This document shows positions 1-11,067 of a stretch of DNA of 64,000 bases, piece by piece. The stretch spans positions 13,640,001 to 13,704,000 of the forward strand of contig OZ024755.1 of assembly GCA_964016885.1 (NCBI GenBank), written 5' to 3'. The position numbers and the translations under genes are program-made. This DNA comes from Eledone cirrhosa (taxonomy: Eukaryota). The notes under the pieces are model-generated. The model ran no database searches. It saw only the letters and a list, made by a program, of their open reading frames with translations, and was not told where the DNA came from. Within the stretch, counting starts at the first letter, position 1. The number at the start of each line of letters is the position of its first letter.

Positions 1-786
1 CTTGTATACATTAATTTCTTTGCATTGTTTCTTTCCTCCTATTTTATTCAGTGGGAAAAAATTATAAGTGTCAACCTTGACACACACACTGTCAAAGTGA
101 ATCTTATTGATAATTCCGTCAAAGGCATACATGTCTGTCTGGGTAAAATGCTCAGTCGTTTGTCGATTAAATTCATGAGTAAGCTGTACTGTTGATCTAT
201 AAACAAGAATACCCACCAATCGCAACCGACTGAGATTCAATATACACACATAATTGCCTACAAGCCTGTTCTCGTTTATTTAGTTGATAATTTAATATAT
301 TTTAGGGCAGGAATATGATGATTCTGGGCGAGCAGTTCAGTATAGAATGAATTGGGAGCGAGACACAATTGGGGTAAAAGGAGCAGAAACGGATTCAGAA
401 ATGATGGTATGCAGTTTGTTAGTTTTGAGAAGCAGTAAACCTTGTAGTGGACACGACAAAGAGGAAAGCTACAGTATATTAGTAAGTTAATGATCCATTT
501 GCATTATCTATTTTTTTTATCTCGATGTAATAAAGAAAGGAGTTCCTACCGTAGATTCACTGTAGACTGGGGATCTTTGAATCAGAGTCCATTTCTGTTA
601 AACGGTGGTAATACATCCAAAACAGCTAAACATTGCATGAGATTGATCAATTAGTATATTAATAATCCAGCAACCATAACTAACTGTGCATGTCTCAAGA
701 AGCCCGTATCCGTGCCTAACTGCGCATGTCTCAACAAGCCCGCATCAGTGCCTAACTGCGCATGTCTCAACAAGCCCGCATCCGTG
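1..786. repeat. Copy 1 (window-truncated) of a local segmental duplication, repeated at 2795-3541
   Basis: Position 1 CTTGTATACATTAATTTCTTTGCATTG matches 2795 onward and stays collinear for ~750 bp with few substitutions and small indels. Confidence 0.95.
680..786. repeat. 36-bp GC-rich tandem repeat, ~3 units (also 3450-3541)
   Basis: Unit CTAACTGCGCATGTCTCAACAAGCCCGCATCCGTGC. Confidence 0.9.
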
Positions 787-922
787 ATTGTCGATGGTAA
801 TTTCGTATCGTTCGCATAGCTAGTGAGTAGTGAGTAAACAGAAATAAAAAAGCGAACGACACAGTACAATGAAGAAATATATTTGTCTAACGCTTGAAAT
901 AATTTAAAAAGAGATGTGCGCG

Positions 923-954
<32 letters not shown>

Positions 955-1025
955 GTTGCAAGAAAAAATGCGTCCGCAGGCGGTATACCGGTTGAGCACT
1001 CGATGCTCGCGCAGAGCAGAGTATA

Positions 1026-1289
1026 ATACTATAAGAATAAAGGAACAAGGATTCAGTGTTGCATCATAACATATTTAATAACATATTACATGTTTCACTA
1101 TCTTTCAGCTCAAGGAAAGACATTATGGTTCGAACCTGACTGTAATCGAAAGATCGTCAGATATTCTTCCTATATGATCTCGTCAAGTTCGTTCTATAAT
1201 AGGTCTTTCTTCGAGTTGATCGATAATGAAACGTATTATGTTATTAAATATGTTATGATGCAACACTTGTTCCTTTATTCTTATAGTAT
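1026..1289. repeat. Degenerate fold-back element (~115-bp inverted arms) next to TA repeats
   Basis: ATACTATAAGAATAAAGGAACAAG..GTGTTGCATCATAACATATTTAATAACATA at the left is the reverse complement of TATGTTATTAAATATGTTATGATGCAACACTTGTTCCTTTATTCTTATAGTAT at the right. Confidence 0.85.
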
Positions 1290-1432
1290 ATATATATATA
1301 GAAGTGGTTACACAACAGCTAGTTCACCATACCGAGAACAATTGTTTCCCCTTTGCTGATCCTCAGCTCTACCTAACTCGTCCCATGGACTGAGTGCTCT
1401 ACCACTACGGATATTACCTTCCAGTGTTCTAC

Positions 1433-1465
<33 letters not shown>

Positions 1466-1466
<1 letters not shown>

Positions 1467-1636
1467 GAGGGGGTACTGCAAAGTTCCAGGAGGATCAGTT
1501 AATTTCTGTCTCAGATTCACACACTTATTGCAGCGATCCTTCAGTTCTTCTACGCCCTGTAAAAAGAACTCGGAAAGTTGGGCCTTCAACCAGGCCTCTG
1601 CAGCGATCAAGCCAGGAACTTTTCAGCACTCCCTCG
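1466..1636 (-). mobile_element. Mariner-derived MITE retaining the transposase C-terminus
   Basis: TIRs CGAGGGGGTACTGCAAAGTTCCAGG / CCAGGAACTTTTCAGCACTCCCTCG inside (TA)n. Minus frame AAEAWLKAQLSEFFLQGVEELKDRCNKCVNL resembles the mariner C-terminal W..S....FF..GI..L..RW.KCV motif. Confidence 0.85.
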
Positions 1637-2545
1637 TATATATATATATATATATATATATAGTCACATAAATCATACATATATGCACATACACACACTT
1701 ATGTGTGTATGTGTATTCTTCCGTGCGTTTTTCCCTTTTTTCTAAATAGTTATCTATTTTCTTTTCCTTTTATTCTTTCGTCTTTTTCACTTCCTTTCTA
1801 TATTCTACATTGCTCTTCATCTCTCCTCACCCACCCCCTGGTTCTACTAGTGAAATAAATCATTATTTCTCCTGTATATTATAGATTCAGGACTACTTGT
1901 TTCCCCCACTACATTTCTAATTAAATGTTGCCCTATTTACTAAATTTGCTTTTGGCTGGGATTTTAACGAATTCATACACGTCCATTTTGCTGGAAGGAC
2001 AATTCCTGCTATATATTTTTCTCTCCTATTCTAACCGTTTTAGTTATTATCCTTCTTTGTTGTTTTTATACGTTGGTGTCGTTGATTTTCGAAATATTTC
2101 TCGTCTTAAATCCTTATATGAAGTTGTGTAGAAAAATAAAACACAGTTCTTTGGGAATATTTTAGGGGGGAGGGCGAGGTATTTTATGTTATATTACTGC
2201 TACAACTGCTGTTAAAGTGTTGCATAGACTGATTTTCAACATTCATTGCCGCTCTATGCACTCTGAATTTAAATCCCACCGAGGACAACTTTGTCCTTCA
2301 GCATTTCGTTGTCGGTAACTAAATTACCAGTCTGGTAATGATGTCAATTCTTCTGCCACTTTTCATTCAGAATTGAACCTGGAAGTCAAAAGTACAGTCC
2401 TGTTACACGCCGCCACGTTAAGGCTGCCGCCGGAGAATTATGTTGAAAGAACAATCGTGGCTTACATATTCATTTCTTCTTTAAGAATTCATTTGCTTAA
2501 AAAAACTGAATAATCATCATCCACCATTGCTTCATTATATTAACT

Positions 2546-2725
2546 AGGCATGGATTGGCTGTATCAGTAAAGCGTCGGACAACATGCTTTACAGCATAGC
2601 CTTTTACGTTCTGAGTTCAATCATCTTTACGAGATCGATGAAATAAAGTAACAGTTACGCACTGGGGTGGATTTAATTCCCCTCCCCACAAAAATAAATT
2701 GCCTTGTGCCTGAATCAGAAACCAA
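2546..2725 (+). mobile_element. tRNA-type SINE (family A), degenerate
   Basis: GGATTGGCTGTATCAGTAAAGCGTCGG head, GAGTTCAA box B, tail GCCTTGTGCCTGAATCAGAAACC. Confidence 0.7.
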
Positions 2726-2794
2726 TATAGGATGGTCGGCTGGAAAAAATCATAGACTGACTAGGAAGAAGGATTGATACTAGAGCTGTGAAAT

Positions 2795-3541
2795 CTTGTA
2801 TACATTAATTTCTTTGCATTGTTTCTTTCCTCCTATTTTATTCAGTGGGAAAAAATTATAAGAGTCAACCTTGACATACACACACTGTCAAAGTGAATCT
2901 TATTGATAATTCCGTCAAAGGCATACATGTCTGTCTGGGTAAAATGCTCAGTCGCTTGTCGATTAAATTCATGAGTAAGCTGTACTGTTGATCTATAAAC
3001 AAGAATACCCACCAATCGCAACCGACTGAGATTCAATATACACACATAATTGCCTACAAGCCTGTTCTCGTTTATTTAGTTGATAATTTAATATATTTTA
3101 GGGCAGGAATATGATGATTCTGGGCGAGCAGTTCAGTATAGAATGAATTGGGAGCGAGACACAATTGGGGTAAAAGGAGCAGAAAAGGATTCAGAAATGA
3201 TGGTATGCAGTTTGTTAGTTTAGAGAAGCAGTAAACCTTGGGGTAGTGTACATGACAAAGAGGAAAGCTACAGTATATTAGTAAGTTAATGATCCATTTG
3301 CATTGTCTATTTTTTTTTATCTCGGTGTAATAAAGAAAGGAGTTCCTACCGTAGCTTCACATCTTTGAATCAGAGTCCATTTCTATTAAACGGTGGTAAT
3401 ACATCCATGAGTTTGATCAATTAGTATATTAATAATCCAGCAACCATAACTAACTGTGCATGTCCCAACAAGCCCGCATCCGTGCCTAACTGCGCATGTC
3501 TCAACAAGCCCGCATCCGTGCCTAACTGCGCATGTCTCAAC
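2795..3541. repeat. Copy 2 of the local segmental duplication
   Basis: Direct repeat of 1-770; diverges after ...GCGCATGTCTCAAC, where a SINE begins. Confidence 0.95.
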
Positions 3542-3544
3542 TAA

Positions 3545-3757
3545 TTGAATTGGCAGAATCTGTAGAGCGTCGGACAACATGCTTTGCGGCATATAAGTAC
3601 GGCCCTTTACGGTCATAGTTTAAATCCCACCAAAGTTAGCTTTGCCTTTCATCCTTACGGTGTCGATAAAATAAAGTTTTAGTAACGAACTCGAATCGAT
3701 TTAATCGATATTCCCGTCACCCAAAATTGCTGACCATGTGTCTAAATCAGAAACCAG
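3545..3757 (+). mobile_element. tRNA-type SINE (family A)
   Basis: TGAATTGGCAGAATC head and core CTTTGCCTTTCATCCTTACGGTGTCGATAAAATAAAGT. Confidence 0.8.
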
Positions 3758-4779
3758 ATTAACGTTGGCGAGGACGGTGGATTGGCTGATTCGTTTGAGC
3801 GTCAGACAAATGCTTTACAGTATTTGATCCTGCTCTTTATTTTGTGAATTCAAATACAGCCTTATCATATATAGTACCATGATTCAGCTTGGGAATTACG
3901 TCAAGTGTATGTTAAAGAATGTTCAGACACTTACAAGTTCATTTAACGAGCCGGATGTTTAGTTGATCGAACAACTGGGAGCTCATTGTCAAAATTAACG
4001 TATATATAAATAGCTAGTTCATTAGAAGTGCCGGTGTAATGACTTCAAACTACCATCAATTTCAAGTTACCTGACGGTTATCTAAAATCGGTTTCATATT
4101 ACTTCTTGCACCACTTGAGTAGCATAAACCTGAATTCAAATTACCTCTGCATTGTTCATATTAACCCTACCCCATCGGATTTAGATAAACTGATTCATTC
4201 TAATGCTTCGCACTCATGATATTTTCATGGTATAAAACCTGTGAAAATACGAGATTGTAAGCTAGTTTCAAAGTGAAAAAAATATAAAGTATGTATCTCA
4301 AAATCTTAGATCCCCTACTTCTAATTTTTATTATGCCTTTAACAACTCCTGGATTTAGATTCTTTCGTGTTGATCATAAGAGATTCAGAACACACCACTC
4401 CACAAAAAAATGGCATATTAATTTTTTTCTTTTTAATAACCGATTTAAATTAGGGTATTTATGACTGCAGTACTTTTTATTTTGCACATAAATATATTTT
4501 GTTTACATTTGAAGTGCATAATATATATTTCGGTTGCGTTTAGATATATATTTTGTTTGCATTTGAAAGCAATTTCACTTTCTAGAAATATAAAATCGTT
4601 GTTTCAGTACCAATATATTAAGGATAAAAATGTAATTACAAATGCCAACCAAATATATTTATATATTTCATGAAAATACTAGAACTATTGTCTTTACTCA
4701 TTAAGATTTGGTTGTGTCAATGATTTTAAAAAATTGTTCATAATCTTCGAACTGTAAGGCTTCCAGGAGCTTCAGCTCA

Positions 4780-5719
4780 GATTGTATTCGTCGGTGTCCA
4801 GAACTGCTTCCAGCCCATTGTCGTTCATATCTTGCACGGTTTCAACACATCCACATTGATATCGTTGGACCTTGGCCATTCAGTAGTGGATATTCGTACC
4901 TCTTGACCTGTATCGATCGTTTTTCGTGATGGCCTGAAGCCATCCCCTTAAAAATATTACTGCTGAGACTGTAGCGCGTGCCCTGGTAGCAGGGTGGATT
5001 ATCTGCTTTAGGGTACTAACTACAGTCACCACAGACCGTGTTAGATAATTTGAGTCTCATATTTTCTCTGAGCTCACAAAGATCATTGGCGCTCAACGGA
5101 TTCGGACCAAAGCTTATCATCCTGCTTCAAACGGAATGGTGGAACGATTCCACCGCCAATTAAAGGCCGCTCTTCGCGCCTATCCAGACTCTCGAGTACC
5201 TTCCTATTGTGTTGTTAGGAATTCGGTCATCAACAAAGGAGGACCTTGGGTTCTCCCCGGCCGAATTACTGTATGGTGCTCCTCTGGCGTTGCCTGGGGA
5301 AATGCTTGCCCCTGTTGATCTTGCTTTCCAGGACCCTGTTTCCTACATATCTCGTTTGCGCTCCTATTTTCAGGACTTACCGCCCATGAATACTAGGAAA
5401 CAAACTATTAAAGCTGCAGTCCCGAGGGATATTGCCTCGTGGACACATGTATTCGTACTCTGGACCCTACCGTGTGTTAGCACGTACTGACAAACATTTC
5501 ACTGTAGACATTAAGGGGTCCAGAGAGACAATTTCGGTGGATAGACTAAAAAGGGCATACAATGACGCTCATACACCCGAGCCACAAATACCCCAATCTT
5601 TCTCTCTTGTGCATACACCTGCTCCTTCTGCCCCACCTTCACCTACATACAAGACCACGACCCGTTCCGGTCGAAGAGTCAACTGCCCCAAAAAACTCTG
5701 CCAAACTGTTTTCATGTGA
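4780..5719 (+). pseudogene. Ty3/Gypsy LTR retrotransposon integrase remnant (frameshifts and stops)
   Basis: Translates to RFQHIHIDIVGP..SSGYSYLLTCIDRFS*WPEAIPLKNITAETVARA; AYHPASNGMVERFHRQLKAAL; LLGIRSSTKEDLGFSPAELLYG; YSGPYRVLARTDKHF..ISVDRLK (GPY/F module); TTRSGRRV. Confidence 0.95.
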
Positions 5720-5890
5720 ACTGGCCACTGGAGCCCTTTTTGTTTTTCTCTTTATTGTATTACCATGTACCTTTTCGTTACTCTTTCATGCCTGATTTAT
5801 ACATGTACCTTTGCGTTAATATTTCATGCCTGTGCTGGGAGCCCATACTTGTGGGTTCGCTACAGTTACCTCGGGATTTTCGCCTAACGT

Positions 5891-6075
5891 CTGGAGGAGG
5901 GTACTGTAGCGGCCCCTTACGGCTATAGCTCAGCACGTATACGAGTTGTGTCCCTTTGCGACGGTCGCGACTCCCAGTGGCAGATACGTATAGAAGTTGC
6001 GTCCCTTTGTGACGGTCGCGACTCCCAGTGGCACATCCATGTACTAAATGGAGTTGCGTCCACCTGGGGACTATA
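5891..6075 (+). mobile_element. Polypurine tract and truncated 3' LTR of the Gypsy element
   Basis: CTGGAGGAGGG-TAC then TGTAGCGG at 5905 (canonical TG start). Contains a ~52-bp internal tandem duplication (GTTG.GTCCCTTTG.GACGGTCGCGACTCCCAGTGGCA). Confidence 0.8.
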
Positions 6076-6085
6076 ATATACATAT

Positions 6086-6250
6086 CAGTTGAAAATTGCA
6101 AACTTGACTGTCACCACAGAATATAAACCTGAAGATTGCGAAAGCATGAAAGTACTTGTTCAATTAACACTTAACATTCTACCATACTATTATAATTTTA
6201 AAGGATTGTAAATAAAACGAGTAAATCAGACAAAGTTGGAATTCCTTTTA

Positions 6251-6256
<6 letters not shown>
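6086..6256 (+). mobile_element. Solitary diverged arm of the palindromic hammerhead-bearing element
   Basis: CAGTTGAAAATTGCAAACTTGACTGTCACC...CTGAAGATTGCGAAAGCATGAAAGTACTTGTTC...CAGACAAAGTTGGAATTCC, homologous to 8761-8957 and ending in (TA)n. Confidence 0.9.
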
Positions 6257-6287
<31 letters not shown>

Positions 6288-6584
6288 GTGTATGTGTGTG
6301 TTCGTATGGCTATCTATCTATTTACCTGTGCGTGTGTATAATATCCTATGTCACTTAAATTTCTTTCCTTCCTGTCACTGTAAGTACCTGTATGTCTGTC
6401 ACTCACTCTAATAGGTCGCTTGTCTGTCTACCAAGCAGCCTATGTCGTTCACTATTTCCTTCTTTTATCGCCTCCATTCTCTTCCTCTATCTCTCTATTT
6501 CACACGTGTTATAGCTGACAATGATGAGAAAAAAAGAGAAGAGAGCGTGTCTAGTTGCGTGTGTTTATCGCACAAATTTTGAAG

Positions 6585-6800
6585 ACACGTGTCTTAGTGG
6601 TTACAGTATGTGGCTCACGATCATAAAAACGAGAGTTCAATTTCCTGGTGCGACGTTATGCCCTTGAGCAAGACACATTGGACAAGATAATATATTTAAA
6701 GTTGTTCCAGCTGGCAAAAATCTGTTGTACAAAGGACCAGCTTTGTCATTGTCTCACACTGAATCTCCCTGAGAATTAAGTTAAGGGTACGCCTGCCTAT
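6585..6800 (+). mobile_element. tRNA-type SINE (family B); related copies at ~24005-24300, 51640-51900, 10705-10900 and 53680-53950
   Basis: GTGTCTTAGTGGTTA box-A-like, GAGTTCAATTTCC box-B-like, CCCTTGAGCAAGACAC core, CTGAATCTCCCTGAGAATT tail. Confidence 0.7.
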
Positions 6801-6899
6801 GAAATGATATCCTTTTTGTAGACATCGAGCATATATAACTCTGAAATATTTATAAGCCTATTAAGTGCATTAAATATTTAACCCCCCTACATCACTGAC

Positions 6900-7235
6900 A
6901 GGCTACGAATTCGCAGTCGTTAGACCGTCGGATATAATGCTTTGCGGTATTCGTTCCGGCTCTGTGCTCTCTGAGATCAAATCCCGCCGAGGTCAACGTT
7001 GGCTTTCACCCTTTCAAGATCGATAAAAAGAGTATCAGTCTAGTACTGGGGTCGATTCTTTCTCTATATCTCTTTCTCACTTTCTCTCTCGCTCTCTCTC
7101 TCACTTTCTATCCTGCTCTGGAAGAAATCTGCTGTTTTCAGACCTGGAGAGGGATAGGCTCCGCCAGGCTATAAAAGGCTCTAGAAATGTTGTATGCCAC
7201 TACGGCGCCCCTACGATTCCACAGGAGTTATGGCA
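6900..7235 (+). mobile_element. Long-form family A SINE with extended 3' body
   Basis: Core CAAATCCCGCCGAGGTCAAC..GATAAAAAGAGTATCAGTC, then GGAAGAAATCTGCTG..AGACCTGGAGAG shared with 19600, 22170 and 53020. Confidence 0.8.
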
Positions 7236-7448
7236 CCATGCATACATGCATACATTAATAAGTTTACCATATATGCAATTCACATATGTAATCGTCACGT
7301 AAAAAATTATTATACATATGTTATGCAATGTGTTTTGAATGTATACTTATATTTATTTAAATCCAGTGTTTATTTGCACTTAAATATTTATATTCATTTA
7401 AAAACTATATCATCTAAGGTTAATATATTTGTTTATTATTACTGTATT

Positions 7449-7635
7449 GTGGATTGGCAGTATCGGTAGAGGATCGGACGCCATGCTTTGACGCATAGAG
7501 TTACGGCCCTTGCCATTCTGAGTTCAAATCCCGCCAAGGTTAACTTTGCCTTTCATCCTTACGGGGTCGATAAAATAAAGTACCAGTAATGTACTGGGTA
7601 ATTGCTAACCTTGTGCCAATAGTAGAAACAATTAT
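7449..7635 (+). mobile_element. Young family A SINE subfamily
   Basis: GGATTGGCAGTATCGGTAGAG..GAGTTCAAATCCCGCC..CTTTGCCTTTCATCCTTACGGGGTCGATAAAATAAAGTACCAG..AGTAGAAACAATTAT. Confidence 0.9.
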
Positions 7636-7999
7636 CTATTGTACTGGCAGACCGGCTTCAAACGTTAAACATCATATTGCAAATCTTTACAATAAAGCTA
7701 TTATAAAATACTTTATCCCTATCCAATATGTATACTCGTTTAGTTACAATACGAGGGGAACCGTACCTATCTATTATATATATATGACTTAATGCAATCA
7801 CAAATGTGATTCACATGCAAACCAACTGAATCTTGTCTTGTGTCAAACTTTCTAATGAAAATAACCACGCATATTTCATTATTTCATTTTATATAACTGA
7901 CATTCTATCTAATCAATATTTATACTAATATCAAAGATTTATCATTGTTTATCTATTAGATGGCATAGAAATTATGAACTATTGTATTTATCTCGAAGA

Positions 8000-8153
8000 T
8001 TTATATATATATATATATATGTATATATATGTGTATATATGTATATATATGTGTATATATGTATATATATGTGTATATATGTATATATATATATATGTGT
8101 ATATATGTATATATATATATATGTGTATATATGTATATATATATATATGTGTA

Positions 8154-8187
<34 letters not shown>

Positions 8188-8204
8188 TATAATGTGTGTA
8201 TATG

Positions 8205-8239
<35 letters not shown>

Positions 8240-8254
8240 GTGTGTGTATATATG

Positions 8255-8288
<34 letters not shown>

Positions 8289-8292
8289 TGTG

Positions 8293-8325
<33 letters not shown>

Positions 8326-8520
8326 ATATGTATATATATATACATATATACACATATATATATACATATACATATATATATATACATATACACATATATA
8401 TATACATATATATATATAAATATACACATATATATACATACATATACACATATATATATATACACATACACATACACATATATATATATACACATATATA
8501 TACACATATATATATATATG
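8000..8520. repeat. Compound (TA)/(TG)/(CA) microsatellite
   Basis: Visible directly. Confidence 0.99.
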
Positions 8521-8562
8521 TAGGTAAATATACACGGGTGTGTATGATTGTGTATAGAAGAT

Positions 8563-8949
8563 TATATTAATAAGAGGAATTCCAACTTTGTCTGATTTAC
8601 TCGTTTTATTTACAATCCTTTAAAATTTATAATGGTATTATAATGAAATAGTATGATAGAATATTAAATTCTAAGTGTTAATTGAACAAGTACTTTCATG
8701 CTTTCGCAATCTTCAGGTTCATAATATGTGGTGACAGTCAAGTTTGCAATTTTCAACTGTCAGTTGAAAATTGCAAACTTGACTGTCACCACATATTATG
8801 AACCTGAAGATTGCGAAAGCATGAAAGTACTTGTTCAATTAACACTTAGAATTTAATATTCTATCATACTATTTCATTATAATACCATTATAAATTTTAA
8901 AGGATTGTAAATAAAACGAGTAAATCAGACAAAGTTGGAATTCCTCTTA

Positions 8950-8957
<8 letters not shown>
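8563..8957. mobile_element. Perfect palindrome (197-bp arms, 1-nt spacer at 8760); candidate Penelope-like non-autonomous fold-back element
   Basis: Centre ...GCAATTTTCAACTG-T-CAGTTGAAAATTGC...; arms are reverse complements with no mismatch found by eye; followed by (TA)n. Confidence 0.85.
8799..8837 (+). ncRNA. Candidate minimal type-I hammerhead ribozyme (mirror copy 8683-8721 on -)
   Basis: TGAAC CTGAAGA T-TGC-GAAA-GCA-T GAAA GTAC TT GTTCA: stem I TGAAC/GTTCA, CUGANGA and GAAA boxes, GNRA-capped stem II, palindromic GUAC loop III. Stem II base pair is non-canonical (U-U). Confidence 0.6.
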
Positions 8958-9027
<70 letters not shown>

Positions 9028-9295
9028 TATACTGTACGTCTGTATATATATATACACAGTTTATGTATTATATACATAACCTGGATATTATTTTCCCAAC
9101 TTGTAGAAAACTTATAATGAAACGATCGTTTGAAAGAGGGATATATGTAATTATTTTTCATATAAAACAAAACAACTGGCTATCCGCAAAATACGTATAG
9201 TTAGCACCCCAGACGCATAATTGGGATTATACTAAGGTATATCCTAATGTTTGTTGAGTGAGACGGAAATCTGTCGGAGTATTGCTTAAAGCTTG

Positions 9296-9329
<34 letters not shown>

Positions 9330-9423
9330 CATATGTATATATATATCTCTATATATGATACATAATCAAACACACACACACACACTCATACACACACTCA
9401 CACACACACACACATATATATAT

Positions 9424-9607
9424 ATAATTGTTTCTACTTTAGGCACAAGGCCAGCAATTACCCAGTGCATTAGTGGTACTTTATTTTATCGACCCTGTAA
9501 GGATGAAAGGCAAAGTTAACCTCGACGGGATTTGAACTCAGATCGTAAAGGGATGTAACTATGCTAGAAAGCATGGCGTCCGACCCTCTACCGATACTGC
9601 CAATCCA
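9424..9607 (-). mobile_element. Young family A SINE subfamily
   Basis: Reverse complement of the 7449-type sequence. Confidence 0.9.
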
Positions 9608-10006
9608 AATATAATGTGTGTGTGTCTGTGTTTGAATTTAAGATGACACCCATCACTTAACAATCACTGCAGTTTGTTTATATATCGTAACAGTTAGACA
9701 AATAGATACCGGTGCAATGAGTACCAAACTTATATATACTGTGGTTGAGAGGGTCGACTGGCGCGTGGCTGTTTTGCCAATGTCTGTGTATCGCATCCTA
9801 GCTGTTCGACAAAATGAAATTGATAAAATATATACTAGACTTTAAAAAAAATATGTTCCGGGATTGATGCAATTAACTAAATAATAACCGTGTCTCAATA
9901 TATACATGTACATTAAGTCAAAAAGAATTGACACACACACGCACACACACATACACACACACGCACACACACACGCACACACAATGCAAGTGCATTGATG
10001 CATAAG

Positions 10007-10211
10007 TACGAAAGGTCGGTTGAAAAATTCATATGTTGACAAAGATACTCTCTTGAAATAACCAAATGAGGTTTATTTTTCCTCATGATTCCCGGAAAGC
10101 AACAATGCCGTTAATAAGAAAAGTAGAAATTAATGTATGGAAGATTTCACAGTTTTAGCATCACTCCTTTATAGTTAGCTTAGCTTATGAAATTTTCAGC
10201 CGACCCTTGTG
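10007..10211 (+). mobile_element. Mariner-like MITE (family M2)
   Basis: TIRs TACGAAAGGTCGGTTGAAAAATTCATA / TATGAAATTTTCAGCCGACCCTTGT; body shared with 15851, 16262 and a partial copy at ~2730-2830. Confidence 0.8.
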
Positions 10212-11067
10212 CATTATTTTGTCCCCCCCCCTCCAACTTCGCTGTCCATTTCTTCTGTTCAATATCTATTGGCCACTGATGTTCAACACGAAATGACCTT
10301 CAGGTTTCCAAAATGAATAATATTCATATACCCGAATTCCTATACAATTCTAGTTTACCACATACCACTTCTATTTAAAAGCCGTTTCAATTCCATGAAA
10401 TTCAATTTACTTTTACAATCTGACCGCCAACCGAATTAATAAAACCATTTTACATAAATATCCTCCACACCCTTATACCTTTTATAGGTCAGCTCACTAA
10501 AAGTTGGCGTGTGGCTAAACGGCAACAAAACATACTTTGTTCTCCGAGTCAACGAAGTAGTCTATATATAATTTCTTGACTTGTTAGATATAACAGCCAA
10601 ACCATCCCCAAGCTATCTCCTACTCCTCTCTTTAAGACAGTTCAATAAATATATAAATAAATAGACTGGTCAAAGGTCATAACTGGAATACCTTTGATCA
10701 TGGGGAATAGTTAAGAAATTCATTTTGCAATCATGAAGGATCGAATTCGATCTCACTGTATGGCATCTTGGGTAAGTGTCATTACATTAGCTTCGGGTCG
10801 ACCCAAGACTTGTGAGGGAAACTGGGTAGACAGAGGTTGTATGGAAGCCTGTTAGATGGATTGTACCTGTAATTCTTTCTGTCATACGCTCGTTGTCGAA
10901 ACCGACGTAAGATCCTCTACATTTGACCATAGGTATGTTGAACTGGAGCTAGATGATAACAACAATGTCGTATATGAGGTACAAACAGAGAAGAATTAAG
11001 AGTTGTGGCAAGGCTTGGAGGCCACCGTATCATACCAATAAATTAGCAGAGACAAACGACATCTATA

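Noticed and set aside
7449-7535. tRNA gene candidates from box A/box B motifs
   Set aside because: These are SINE heads followed by SINE cores; no cloverleaf.
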